A DNA stretch of 64,000 nucleotides from NCBI GenBank assembly GCA_963728565.1, contig CAVSLC010000010.1, forward strand, positions 32,001 to 96,000, written 5' to 3'. This document shows, piece by piece, positions 30,181-41,642 of this stretch; within the stretch, counting starts at the first letter, position 1; each line of letters begins with the position of its first letter. Both the position numbers and the translations under genes were made by a program. The DNA is from an uncultured delta proteobacterium. GTDB lineage: Bacteria; Desulfobacterota; Binatia; UBA9968. The notes beneath the pieces are model-generated. The model was not told the origin of the DNA, ran no database searches, and was given only the letters and a program-made list of their open reading frames with translations.

Positions 30181-30502
30181 TTTAGAATGCCGAAACTGAA
30201 GAGATGAAAAAAGCAGCAGAGTCGATGCTTAAAGTCTTCAGCAGCAACGATAGTTGCTATCGCATTGCGCGGAACGGAACATTATAACTCCGCTCTTGTA
30301 TCTATTTTGAGACGAAGGCGGTCTTGTGAAGCGAGGCCACATGTCAGAGAATTCAACGCGCCGCTAGGACAGGGAACGGTAAACTTTCGTAAATCAGATG
30401 ACCATCCGGTCTTTTTCTCGGCGACCAAAATGTTAAGCTCAATCCTCTAGCCGGATCGCGTACGGATCCGCGCAGCCGAACTATCTGCGAAGGAGAGGGG
30501 CC

Positions 30503-30974
30503 ATGCGAAAGCGCATTATTAACCGTGAGAGAAACTCCTTACCTCTCGATCAATCCGTGGCTGGACCTGGAATCCCTGGCGCACGTCGAAGTATCCTCTG
30601 AAGAAGCGCAGCACCCGATCGAAGCGGCGTTGGTTCCGGGCGCTTCGCCCGGTTGGCGCGCGGCAGCGCCGGGGCAGCAGATTGTTCGCCTGATGTTCGA
30701 TGACCCGCAGAATCTCCGGCTGATTCATCTGGTGTTCGATGAGCATGAGCAGGAACGGCTGCAGGAGTATACACTGCGATGGTGCTCGGGTGTCGGCCAG
30801 CCTTATCGCGAGATTGTGCGACAGCAATACAACTTTAGCCCGCCAACCACCAGCAGAGAGGTTGAAGATTTCAATGTCAATCTCGACAGCTGCGCCGAAT
30901 TGGAGCTCAGTATTATTCCCGATCTCAAAGGATCGGCAGCTCATGCCTCGATCGCGGAGTTTCGCCTGGCTTGA
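30503..30974 (+). CDS. Conserved beta-sandwich 'carbohydrate-binding'-type protein (frameshift ~30556)
   Basis: RBS AGGAGAGG plus ATG 30503 (MRKRIIN...), joining WLDLESLAHVEVSSEE..PIEAAL..GWRAA.PG.Q...EIVRQQYNFSP. Confidence 0.7.
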
Positions 30975-31040
30975 CCAACGATGCTGATCCGCTGGACGTA
31001 TCGAAATCATACTAAGTTAATCTAAAGGGAGATCTTGCAG

Positions 31041-31208
31041 ATGATTGAAGCCAATACCAATTGCCCAAAATGCGGCGACGGCACGATGGAAATAGTTCCT
31101 GAGCAGAGAGCCCTTGCGCCGGATTTACCCGAGGATAACGAACTTAAGGCGAGGTGCGACAAATGCGGCTATGAGGATCGAGTCGAGGTGGTAGCGACTG
31201 ATGAGTAA
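31041..31208 (+). CDS. 55-aa zinc-ribbon microprotein (absent from ORF track)
   Basis: MIEANTNCPKCGDGTMEIVPEQRALAPDLPEDNELKARCDKCGYEDRVEVVATDE; AGGGAG RBS. Confidence 0.72.
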   Translation: MIEANTNCPKCGDGTMEIVPEQRALAPDLPEDNELKARCDKCGYEDRVEVVATDE

Positions 31209-31420
31209 ACACGAGTCGAAAATGCTTTCGCACAGCGCCGTCCATCATCGTTTGTGAATTAGCACGTCTTTCTCTTCGCGCTTCATAATCTTCGTCACTA
31301 CTCGGACGGTCTGATCTATCCCAGACCGCGCCGGCAAATCCATTATCTCGCGGCCAAAAGCCCGACCGCAGAAACCGATTGACGAATCTCAGCGGATTCG
31401 TATACGATCCCTTACCTCTC

Positions 31421-33347
31421 ATGAATGGCTTAGAACTTCCCACGGTTCTCAACGTCGATGACAACGAAGCGCGGCGCTACGCCAAGAGCCGCATCCTCAA
31501 ACGCGGCGGATATCAGGTGATCGAGTCGGAGACCAGCGCCGAGGCATTGCGGGTTGTCAAGGAGTTTCAACCGAGTCTTGTACTGCTCGATGTCAAGTTG
31601 CCCGATACCAGCGGCTTTGCAGTCTGCGAAGCGATTAAAGCAGACCCGGCAACCGCGCACATTATGGTTCTGCAAATTTCGGCTATGTACCTTAGCCCGG
31701 AGGATCGGGCTATTGGCTTGGAGCGCGGCGCTGACACGTATTTGACCGAGCCGGTTGAACCCGCGGAACTTCTAGGCGCGACAAAGGCGTTGTTGCGTCT
31801 CTACGTACGCGATCAAGAGAAACGCTTTCTCCTTGATCAACTTCGCGAGGCTAATCGTCAAAATGCGGCGCAGCTGGCGGAACTCAATTCTATCTATGCA
31901 ACAGCTCCGGTGGGTCTCGCCGTACTAGATACCGAGTTGCGTTATATCCGGGTAAACGATTTGCTCGCGGAGAAGAATGGTATACCGGCCGACCAACACG
32001 TCGGTCGAACCGTCCGCGAAATAAATCCTAGCATCGCCGGCGCGGTCGAAACAGTGTGCCGGGAATTGATAGTTACAGGAAAACCTCGTCTCAATGTTCA
32101 GATGATAGGCGAGACTGGCGCGCAACCCGGTGTCAAGGGAACATGGCTAAACAGCTATTTCCCATTAAAGGATCTAAATGGCGAGTGTATCGGGGTCAAT
32201 GTAGTGATTCAGGATCTCACCGATCAAAAACAACTGGAAGCGAGATTGCGCGAGGCTGACAAACGGAAGGACAAGTTTTTAGCCGTACTCGGGCATGAGT
32301 GGCGCAATCCTTTAGGCGTCATCATCAATGCCTTTGAGATGCTGCCCGTTTCGGATACACCGGAAGCGCGAGAAATCAGGGCTATCATCAAGCGGCAGAT
32401 CACTCGCATGACACATCTTACTAACGACCTGCTCGACGTTTCGCGGATCTCAGCCGGGCAGATTGAAATTGATAAACAGTCCTGCGATTTCGCGGCGATT
32501 GTGCGCGAAGCAGCGGAGGACTATCGAGGGATCCTAGGCTCCGTCGGCATCCGCCTCGCGCTGCAGCTGCCGCAGGATCCTGTCTGGGTCCTAGGGGATT
32601 GCAGACGTTTGGGACAGGCGGTTGGAAATCTCTTGCACAATAGCCAGAAGTTCACGCCACCGGGACGGCACGGTGACCATGACCCTAGCCATCGTTCCGA
32701 ATCAAGAAACAGCTGTTCTCAAGGTTCGTGATACCGGGATCGGCATGGATGAGAGCACGCTGACCCGATTGTTCGAGCCATTCAGCCAGGTATTGCGAAC
32801 TTTCGATCGTAGCCGCGGCGGACTCGGCTTGGGTCTGACTTTAGTCAAGGCATTCATTGAAATGCACGGTGGGACGGTATCGGCGAGCAGTAAGGGACCT
32901 GGAAAGGGTTCAGAGTTCATCGTTCGGTTGCCGGTCCAGAGGGATCCTACCGCGCCGCGCGATCCCAATCCTGAATCGAGCGCTTCTCAATCGAAGGATC
33001 CAATCTCATGCCGTGTTCTCATTATCGACGACAATCAGGTTGGAGCTCGAGCCATGCAATTGTTCCTTCAAGATGCTGGCCACCTGGTCGAGATAGCCCA
33101 TAACGGAGTCGAAGCGTTCGTGATCGCGAGAAACCTGAGACCCGATGTCGTGCTCTGCGACATTGCGCTACCCTGGATGGATGGCTACGCGATTGCGCGG
33201 ACGATCCGGCAAGACGCCCAGCTCAAAAATGTTTATCTGATCGCGATCTCGGGGTACGCACAGGACGAGGACCAGCAATTGGCGAAACAGGCCGGTTTTG
33301 ACGAATACTGCGTCAAGCCGGTTGATCTAAAATCCTCGACCGGATGA
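31421..33347 (+). CDS. Hybrid histidine kinase REC-PAS-HisKA-HATPase-REC (frameshift ~32662; C-terminus possibly also shifted)
   Basis: VLNVDD..LLDVKLPD, PAS, GHEWRNPL, NLLHNSQKFT / DTGIGM, GLGLGL, second REC CDIALPWMDG..VKP. Confidence 0.88.
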
Positions 33348-33391
33348 TAAAGAATAGTCTGTGTGCTCGGCCGCGCTAGCGTGCGTGCAGT

Positions 33392-33655
33392 TCATCGCTC
33401 CTTCGAGTGCCAATTGTCTTCCGAGTGTAGCTTCAAGTTCAGGGGCGAGCTTGCGGGACTTTTGAGGTTGCTCGTTTTCTTTGCGGCCTCGACTTGATAG
33501 CGCGCGAACATCAAAAACTGCTTGGCGTTGCCGTTTCGGTGATTGGCCTCATGCTTGTCGATTTTTCCTTCTCTAAGAAGCCGGTTGGTTTCTCTTCTAA
33601 GCCTGATGTATTCTCTGGTGTAGTCGCTGAAAGTTTCTCGCAACTCCCTGCTCAT
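33392..33655 (-). CDS. Hypothetical protein (~87 aa)
   Basis: GGAAGGA RBS, helical charged sequence; no known motif. Confidence 0.5.
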   Translation of the reverse strand: MSRELRETFSDYTREYIRLRRETNRLLREGKIDKHEANHRNGNAKQFLMFARYQVEAAKKTSNLKSPASSPLNLKLHSEDNWHSKER

Positions 33656-34033
33656 TATCATCCTTCCATGTGCTCTGAGATCATTGCCCGCGCCGTCAAC
33701 GGATTGGTGTACCACGACGAATCAAAGAAGCGCAGCAAAAAGCTTGCATTCCTTTGATCTGATTCGTCGATTAGGAATTTATACGAGTCTAAATAGGCTT
33801 CGTTATCTGAGTCATACTTCCAACCGGTTGCGCAGTCAAGCGCAATTCCCGTCCAGATGCGGCGTTCCGCGATGCGTCATCTCGCAGTGAAATTGGCGAC
33901 TTTCCAAACTACATGCCGGTTGGTTTCACGAGCATACCTATAAGTTGCTTGGTCCTGACGAGCCATGTAGTCGGAGTACCAAAGTCGGCGACCCTTATTG
34001 CCACCGTGGGTTTTATTGTATACAGCAGAAGTG

Positions 34034-34399
34034 ATGCCCGCGACTATTCTCCTCGTCGAAGACAACCCTTTGGCCCGCCGGAATATGATGCTTTTTTTCA
34101 AGATCCACGGTTACGACGTTGTTGAAGCGCAACGCGGAGAAGAAGCTCTCAAATTGATTCGGGACGTTGACAACTTTGATGTCGTGATTACCGATTTGCG
34201 AATGCCGGGAATGGTCGATGGGCTGGAGGTTCTTCGGGTTCAAAACGAAGTATCTCCACGCTCGAAAACTATTCTGGTAACGGCATATGGTTCTAACCAG
34301 ATAAAATTCCAAGCCGCTGCGCTAGGCGCCATGTATCTTGACAAGCCGGTTCAGCTCGATGACCTGCTGGTGCATGTCCGGCAGCTGACGTCTCCATGA
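34034..34399 (+). CDS. Single-domain response regulator
   Basis: ILLVEDN, ITDLRMPG, VTAY, LDKPV. Confidence 0.92.
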   Translation: MPATILLVEDNPLARRNMMLFFKIHGYDVVEAQRGEEALKLIRDVDNFDVVITDLRMPGMVDGLEVLRVQNEVSPRSKTILVTAYGSNQIKFQAAALGAMYLDKPVQLDDLLVHVRQLTSP

Positions 34400-34495
34400 T
34401 GGAAGGACACCATGAGACTCGATGAGATTGGATACTCCTCTTGAAGCCGGGAAAAGGAACGACTTAGGTCTCCCCGTTGAGATAATCCGCCCTAC

Positions 34496-34642
34496 TTACC
34501 CATTGGTGAAAGCTCGCTCAATCTGACCGATCAATTCACTAATTTCCTGATACTCGCCGTCCTTGAGATCTCCGTCTTCCTTCTGTTTTTGTGCTTCTCG
34601 ACGCAGCTGATCCAGCAGCAGCGTTACGGTAGAATTTTTCAT
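34496..34642 (-). CDS. 48-aa helical microprotein (absent from ORF track)
   Basis: MKNSTVTLLLDQLRREAQKQKEDGDLKDGEYQEISELIGQIERAFTNG; GAAAGGA RBS. Confidence 0.55.
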   Translation of the reverse strand: MKNSTVTLLLDQLRREAQKQKEDGDLKDGEYQEISELIGQIERAFTNG

Positions 34643-35051
34643 TGATTATAAATCCTTTCTTTTGGAGATGGTTGTACCATGGAGAGCGGGTTTTTTTTAA
34701 GCGAGCTCTCCACCTTCATCCATGCCCGCTGCACCGTCGGCCGATCTGAAACCGAATGCATACGTTGAGAGAGCCACGGATGGTTATTCCAACCGTAGGA
34801 CATTGAATGGGCGTATGTCACTCATTCGACACGCGTAATCGAAATTGTTTGGGATAACTTTTGGAACGACATTTGCTGTGAAGCCCTACGCCCTCCTGCG
34901 ATAATCTGCATACAGGTAGCTCCTGTCGCTGAGCGGCATACACGTTTGACTTAATCGAGTTACGCGGGCCGCGAAGCGATCGGTCCTGGTTGGAATGCGC
35001 ACCCTGTCTGATGGGGTGCCGCAAAATCCAGCGCACAGGAATAGGAGAACT

Positions 35052-36396
35052 ATGTCTGAAAAGAACTTGGAACCTTTGATTTCCAACAGAGCCGTTGAAC
35101 CTCCCGCCTTGCGCACGAGCCAGATGCCGCCCAGCAGTGGCTCCGCCTATCTCTCCGGTGCGAATGGATCGTCATGCGGCGACAATGATTCCAGTCTAAA
35201 CGCTCGACAGTTGCCTAGATACCGCGAGGATTTCCCGATCGTCGCGCACTCCCACTTACGTTGGGATTTCGTCTGGCAGCGCCCGCAGCAGATACTCTCG
35301 CGGCTTGCTGCGCGTCATCCGATAACTTTCATGGAAGAGCCGATATGGCAGGGTAGCGAGCACCGGCTCGAGATCAGCGAGCCTTATCCCAATGTTGTGC
35401 GGCTGGTACCTGTTCTGCGCGTCGAGGAAAGAAATCACGAGAGCGATACTCAATATGCGGTCGTCTTACCATTGCTGCGCCGCGCGATCAGTGAGCATCC
35501 AGCTGCTCAGGGGGCGATTTGAATCTCCGATTCAGTGGTTTTATTCACCGATGGTCGCGCCGTACTTCCTCGACCGCTTCGATGCCAACGTTACGGTTTA
35601 TGACTGCATGGATGAACTTGCGCAGTTCCGCTACGCGCCGCCATCCCTGAGAGAGCGCGAGCAGTTGTTGTTTTCCAGAGCTGATGTTGTGTTTACCGGT
35701 GGTTATCAACTCTATCAATCGAAGTCCCGTCATCACAGCAATGTGCACTTTTACGGGTGCGGAGTCGATGCGGAGCATTTCAGTAAAGCACGGCAGCCGG
35801 AGACAGACGCGCCGGTGGAAGTTGCGAAATTGCCGCGGCCGATTTTTGGTTACTTTGGGGTGATCGATGAGCGGCTCGATTATGCTCTGCTGGCGCAGAT
35901 TGCACAGGAAATGCCGGATGCCTCCATCGTTATGGTGGGTCCGCTGGCGAAGGTCGAACAGGAGTCGTTGCCCCATCTTCCGAATATCCACTGGCTCGGG
36001 CAGCGCGCTTACACGGACCTGCCCGCGCTGGTTAAATCTTTTGACGTCTGCCTGATGCCGTTCGCTCTCAATGAGGCGACGCAGTACATCAATCCGACCA
36101 AGACACTGGAGTATATGGCAGCCGGCAAGCCCGTCGTCTCAACAGCTGTGCCTGACGTCTTGCATCACTTCACGCCGATCGTCGATGTCGCTCAAACGGC
36201 CGAGGAATTCATCGCAGCGATTCAGCGCGCCGCTCGGAGCCCCCGCGCCGAGTTAATCGAGCAGGGAATAGATCGCGCCAATCGTGCTTCGTGGGACAGC
36301 ATCGTCGGCGCCATGCGCGATCACATGCTCGACGTCGTGCGAGCCGATTGGCACGCCCAGTGTGGCAGAGCGCGTTTCCATAACGGCGATCAGTAA
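35052..36396 (+). CDS. glf-associated GT-B glycosyltransferase (frameshift ~35500)
   Basis: SHLRWDFVWQRPQ..MEEP / VYDCMDEL, ADVVFTGG, GYFGVIDERLD, PFALNEATQYINPTKTLEYMAAGKP. Confidence 0.88.
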
Positions 36397-36506
36397 CTTT
36401 AATGGTTCGCGTTCCCGCATGTTGAGGCTCCCCTCAATTTCGCAGTGGTCTGTTCGATCATCGCCGGGGGCGCGGGGAGCTCAAGAAATATGAAAGGAAG
36501 AATTCA

Positions 36507-37676
36507 ATGAAATTGGACGTCTTAGTTGTCGGCGCCGGCTTCTCCGGATCGGTGGTCGCGGAAAGGCTCGCCGGGCGCGGCTTGGAGGTGCTGCTCATCG
36601 ACAAGCGGCCACACATCGGCGGTAATGCTTACGATACGCTAGACCGTCACGGCGTCTTGATGCATCCGTACGGACCGCACATTTTTCACACGAATGCTCC
36701 GCGAGTAGCGGAATATCTCTCGCTCTTTACCGACTGGAGACCTTACGAGCACCATGTGCTCGCCAAAGTCGGCGAACAGTTTGTGCCGATTCCGATCAAT
36801 ATCGATACCGTTAATCGAGTTTATGGGCTGAAGCTTACCGAAGAGACCATTCAGGCGTTTTATGATCGCGTACGCCAACCGCGCGCGCAGATCAGGACCA
36901 GCGAGGATGTCGTCATCAACGCGGTCGGGCAGGATCTTTACGAAAAATTCTTCCGCGGCTACACGCGCAAACAATGGGGTCTCGATCCTTCGGAGCTTTC
37001 TGCCTCCGTGGCCGCGCGGATTCCCACCCGCACCAATCATGACGATCGTTATTTTACCGACACTTTTCAGAAGATGCCGCTCGATGGATATACCAAGATG
37101 TTTAGACGGATGCTCGACCACCGCAGGATCCATGTCGAGGTGGGGGTTGATTTCTTCGCGATTCAAAAAAAACTTCGCCCAAGCCACATCGTCTTCACCG
37201 GTCCTCTGGATGCGTACTTCGGGTACTGCTATGGCAAGCTGCCGTATCGCTCGATTCGCTTCGAGCACGAACACCTGGCAAACACCTCTCGCTACCAGCC
37301 GGTGGGCACGGTCAACTTTCCCAACGATTACGATTTTACTCGGATCACAGAGTTCAAACATCTCACCGGACAACAGCATGCCGGGACGTCGATTGTCCGG
37401 GAGTACCCGCAGTCTGACGGCGACCCGTACTATCCGATTCCTCGTCCGGAGAACGAGGTGCTGCTCAAGAAATACCAGGCGCTTGCGGCGAAAGAGTCCA
37501 AAGTGACCTTTGTCGGCCGCCTTGGCCAGTATCGCTACTACAATATGGACCAATGCGTCGGCGCCGCGCTCAAGACGGCCGATGAGATCGCTAATGTCAT
37601 GGTGCCCCGAGCGGCTCTGAAGACGGCTGTGAAGCCAGCGGTGGCAGCGGCGCAACAGGCGCGGGCGGGTAGCTGA
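36507..37676 (+). CDS. glf: UDP-galactopyranose mutase
   Basis: VVGAGFSG, HIGGNAYD, HPYGPHIFHTN, GYTRKQWG, DPYYP, GRLGQYRYYNMD. Confidence 0.96.
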   Translation: MKLDVLVVGAGFSGSVVAERLAGRGLEVLLIDKRPHIGGNAYDTLDRHGVLMHPYGPHIFHTNAPRVAEYLSLFTDWRPYEHHVLAKVGEQFVPIPINIDTVNRVYGLKLTEETIQAFYDRVRQPRAQIRTSEDVVINAVGQDLYEKFFRGYTRKQWGLDPSELSASVAARIPTRTNHDDRYFTDTFQKMPLDGYTKMFRRMLDHRRIHVEVGVDFFAIQKKLRPSHIVFTGPLDAYFGYCYGKLPYRSIRFEHEHLANTSRYQPVGTVNFPNDYDFTRITEFKHLTGQQHAGTSIVREYPQSDGDPYYPIPRPENEVLLKKYQALAAKESKVTFVGRLGQYRYYNMDQCVGAALKTADEIANVMVPRAALKTAVKPAVAAAQQARAGS

Positions 37677-38094
37677 TGAGAGAATATCAACTCTTTATGA
37701 TTCGAGCCGGCCGGCATTGCTTTATCCTGAGCGCCTCGGCAACTGATTGCTCAACTGGCAAGCCTAGCGGTTTAACGATCCGACTCGTTTGTTGCTGATC
37801 GCTGGCATTGCAAACCTCTTTGTCGAACGGAGGTTGCCCCAGCTCATCGCGGCGCCCGCCTATTCGTTTTGAAAACAAATAGCGCCTTCAAGCATTGTCA
37901 GCCCAGGCTCATTTGGGCCGGATGATGACCCTGCGGCCAGGTTGCAATCACGAAATAAAATTCAAACGGCACGTAAAAATCTATGGCGATGTTGATAGTG
38001 CCGGAAGTATAATAGCCCGTTTGCCATCGTTTGTTGTGCCGCCCAAACAGAGCATTGATCGTCGTTAACCAGCGCGCATCGGGAGAAAGTTTCT

Positions 38095-39324
38095 ATGGCT
38101 CTTTTGTTTTCTCCAAGTGGTGATGCTAACTCGGCTCTGCAAGACTCATCGCCGGGCCTCAATGGGAGCGCTGCCCCGAGCGCACAGCGCCAGGAGCCTA
38201 CCTCCAGGCTTTTCGATTCGTTCTGGATGGCTGGTTTTGAATCTTCATCACACATTACTCGAGAGGGCATCCGCCTGGACATGATCGACGCGACCCAACA
38301 CGATCGATTCGTGGCTGAAGACTATCGTCTGCTCCGGCGATTTGGATTTGGCACAATCCGCGATGCTGTGCGCTGGCATTTAATCGAGCGCGGCAGTGGT
38401 TACGATTTCTCTTCATTAGCGCCCATGGTAGAGGCCGCTCAAAAGGAATCTGTTCAGATAATTTGGGACATTTGTCATTACGGCTGGCCCGACGGGGTGG
38501 ATATCTTTTCGCCGGAGTTTGTCGATCGCTTTGAGCGATTTTGCGGTGCGATCGCTAGGTTCATGAAGCAATACAGCGCCCGCACCCCCTTCTATGCACC
38601 GATCAACGAGATTTCGTTTTTTGCTTGGGCCGCCGGCCAAGTAGGGTTCATGCATCCATGTCGGACGGGAGAAGGGGTGGCGCTCAAAGAGCAGTTAGTG
38701 CGCGCTGCAATTGCCGGCATCGAAGCAATCTGGGCAGTTGACAGCCGCGCTCGGATCACACAAATCGATCCCATCATGCACGTTGTCACTCCCCGCCAAC
38801 ATCCCGAACTAGCCACCGCAGCGGCCGCGCAACATGCCAGCCAGTTTGAGGCATGGGACATGCTGTCCGGATTCGTCAAGCCCGAACTTGGTGGCAATCC
38901 GCGTTATCTCGATATAATCGGAGTGAATTATTATCACGCCAACCAGTGGGAATATCCGGACGATCGGTTGCGCTGGGAAGATACACCAAGAGACCAGCGT
39001 TGGATTCCCTTCTCTAACTTGGTGGCGGACGTGTATCGGCGTTACAAGCGGCCGATGTTTGTTGCCGAGACAGGCCATTTCGGCGTCGGGCGCGCCGCTT
39101 GGGCCAGAGAAATTGTTGCTGAGGTTATGCTCGCTAGAGATTCCGGCGTCCCGTTGGAAGGAATATGCTTTTACCCGATCATCGATAGAACGGATTGGGA
39201 AGATCCCAGTCATTGGCATAATTGCGGTCTTTGGGATCTGCAGCGCAATTATGACGGTCGGTTGGAGCGGGTGATTTGCCCGGAGTTTGAGAGCGAGTTG
39301 TCACGTATCATGCACCGAGGATGA
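38095..39324 (+). CDS. GH1-like beta-glycosidase (start uncertain)
   Basis: WMAGFESS, RDAVRWHLIE, CHYGWP, PINEIS (acid/base), GVNYY, VAETG (nucleophile). Confidence 0.8.
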   Translation: MALLFSPSGDANSALQDSSPGLNGSAAPSAQRQEPTSRLFDSFWMAGFESSSHITREGIRLDMIDATQHDRFVAEDYRLLRRFGFGTIRDAVRWHLIERGSGYDFSSLAPMVEAAQKESVQIIWDICHYGWPDGVDIFSPEFVDRFERFCGAIARFMKQYSARTPFYAPINEISFFAWAAGQVGFMHPCRTGEGVALKEQLVRAAIAGIEAIWAVDSRARITQIDPIMHVVTPRQHPELATAAAAQHASQFEAWDMLSGFVKPELGGNPRYLDIIGVNYYHANQWEYPDDRLRWEDTPRDQRWIPFSNLVADVYRRYKRPMFVAETGHFGVGRAAWAREIVAEVMLARDSGVPLEGICFYPIIDRTDWEDPSHWHNCGLWDLQRNYDGRLERVICPEFESELSRIMHRG

Positions 39325-39401
39325 TTCTGCCTCAGTGCCAGGAACGTCCAGGCCTTCGGATCTATAAGATCTACTGTTCAGATGTTTTGCTCACGGATGC
39401 C

Positions 39402-40457
39402 TTAATCAACTTCGAATCGGTAGACGGTAATTTCTCGATACGTCTCGCGAGGCCTTAACATCGTCGTTGGAAAACTGGGATGGTTCGGCGAGTCTGGAAA
39501 ATGCTGCGTTTCCAGGCACAAGCCGGAATGCCGCTGATAGCGCCGGCCCTGTTTGCCTCGAATGCCGCCATCCAAAAAGTTGCCGCTATAAACCTGGATG
39601 CCGGGCTGCGTGGTAAACACGCTAAGCGCTCGGCCGCTGATCGGCTCATGCAATTGCGCGGCGAGCGGGCAAGCGCCGGACTGTTCGGTTAGTACCCAGC
39701 AGTGATCGTAACCGCCGGCCAGTTGCAATTGCGCTTCATCCGAGCTGATGCCCGATCCGATCGCGCGCGCGTCGGTAAAATCGAAAGGGGTGCCGCGGAC
39801 GGAGCGTTGCTCGCCGAGCGGGATCAACTCCGCATCGACAGGCAGATAGCGCTTGGCAGCGAGGCGCAGCAGGTGATCATGAATCGTTCCAGCGCCGGCT
39901 AGGTTGAAATAGCTATGATGAGTCAGATTGATGACCGTTGTCTGATCCGTGCTGGCGCTATAGTCGAGGCGCAGCTCGTTCTGCGCCGTTAATGTGTAAG
40001 TCACTCTAACCGTTAAGTTGCCAGGATAGCCTTCCTCCCCGGCTCGGCTGAAATGGTTTAGAACGAGCTGCGGTCCGTCAGCTGTTTCGGCGGGTTCTGC
40101 GCCCCACAAGATTTTATCGAAGCCAATTCTTCCGCCGTGCAGGTGGTTGCGCCCGTCATTGGCCGAGAAACAGTAGGCCTTTTCATCAATGGTGAAGCGC
40201 GCGCCGGCGATTCGATTGGCGTACCGGCCGATCAAAGCTCCGAAGTAGGGATGCTGCGAGAGATAAGGCGCAAACTCGTCGAAGCCCAGAACTATGTCGG
40301 CCTGAACTCCGTTCCGATCTGGCGCCCGCAGTGAAACCAGAGTTCCGCCATAGTTCATGATCCTCGCTTCGACACCTTGCTCGTTGGCCAAGGTGTAAAG
40401 CTCGACATCGCGGCCATCCGGCATCTCACCGAAGACTTGTTGCTGGATTTTTGCCAT
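39402..40457 (-). CDS. galM: Aldose 1-epimerase (galactose mutarotase)
   Basis: YFGALIGRYANRI, HLHGG, NLTHHSYFNL, CLETQHFPDSPN. Confidence 0.95.
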   Translation of the reverse strand: MAKIQQQVFGEMPDGRDVELYTLANEQGVEARIMNYGGTLVSLRAPDRNGVQADIVLGFDEFAPYLSQHPYFGALIGRYANRIAGARFTIDEKAYCFSANDGRNHLHGGRIGFDKILWGAEPAETADGPQLVLNHFSRAGEEGYPGNLTVRVTYTLTAQNELRLDYSASTDQTTVINLTHHSYFNLAGAGTIHDHLLRLAAKRYLPVDAELIPLGEQRSVRGTPFDFTDARAIGSGISSDEAQLQLAGGYDHCWVLTEQSGACPLAAQLHEPISGRALSVFTTQPGIQVYSGNFLDGGIRGKQGRRYQRHSGLCLETQHFPDSPNHPSFPTTMLRPRETYREITVYRFEVD

Positions 40458-40474
40458 TTGCTGTCGCTGTGCGT

Positions 40475-41453
40475 TTACACGCCCGCGATTTTTCTCTCCC
40501 AATTCCAGGCATGAGACACAATCGTCGAGAGATCCGGGTAAGCCGGTGTCCAACCAAGATGCCTGCGGGCCAGGTTGGCGTCTGCTACCAAACTTGCCGG
40601 GTCGCCGGCGCGTCTGGCGGCATGGATCACTGGCACCGGCTTCATCGTCACCTGACGTACCGTTTCGATCACTTGGCGCACCGAAAACCCGTTGCCGTTG
40701 CCGAGGTTGTAAGCGGCGCTGGGACCGCCGCTCATGAGATGTCTCAGCGCTAAGGAGTGAACCGCGGCTAAATCGAGAACATGAATATAATCTCGAATGC
40801 AGGTGCCATCCGGAGTGTCGTAATCGTCGCCAAAGATCTGCGCCGAATGACGACGCCCCGAGGCAACTTGCAACAGCAATGGGATGAGATGGGTCTCAGG
40901 GTCATGCGTTTCTCCGATGCGGGCTTCGGGATCGGCTCCGGCGGCGTTGAAGTAGCGCAGGCAAACCGACCTTAGCCCGTAGGGGCTGTCGTAGTCTTGC
41001 AGCACCTGTTCGACCATCCATTTGGAGCGGCCGTAGGGATTGATCGGCTGCTTCGGGTGCGCTTCGTCGATCGGAACATATTCCGGCTGGCCGAAGATCG
41101 CGGCGGTGGAAGAGAAAATGAAGTTTTTTAACCTGATGGCGAATCATGGCATCGAGCAGATTGATCGTATGGGTCACGTTGTTACGATAGTACTTGGCCG
41201 GATGCTGAACTGATTCTCCGACTTGAATAAACGATGCGAAGTGCATGACACCATCGAAGTTCTCGTCAGCAAACAAGCGATCGAGCAAACCGGTGTCCTC
41301 GACGCTGCCTTGCACCAGCCTGGCAGACAATACCGCATCGGCATGGCCGGAAGATAGGTCGTCAAGGACGATCACCTGAGCGCCCTGCTGGCCCAACAGC
41401 AATGCCATGTGCGAGCCGATATATCCCGCGCCACCGACAACGAGTACTTTCAT
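40475..41453 (-). CDS. galE: UDP-glucose 4-epimerase (frameshift in homopolymer ~41127)
   Basis: GGAGYIGSH, HFASFIQVGESV..PAKYY / LRYFNAAGA, THLIP, DGTCIRDYIHV. Confidence 0.93.
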
Positions 41454-41642
41454 GTTTGTTCCTTGATATCCTTAGAAATATTACGACGTCTGGATTTGCA
41501 GCTTGCGCCAGTTTTCTCAGGATCCGTCGCTTTGAGGACGAGGATTTACTCGCGCAAAGTCCCCAAGACGAGAAGTTCGGAATCGGTTTTCTTACTTTGG
41601 CGCCTGTGCGTCTCGGCGGGGAAGCAGCCTGGCGGCATAAGA

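Noticed and set aside
36639-37655. Long antisense ORFs (this one, 18422-19354, 41409-42230, 58086-58826, 61985-62752 and others)
   Set aside because: They are shadows of well-supported genes on the opposite strand, as expected at high GC; no motifs or RBS.
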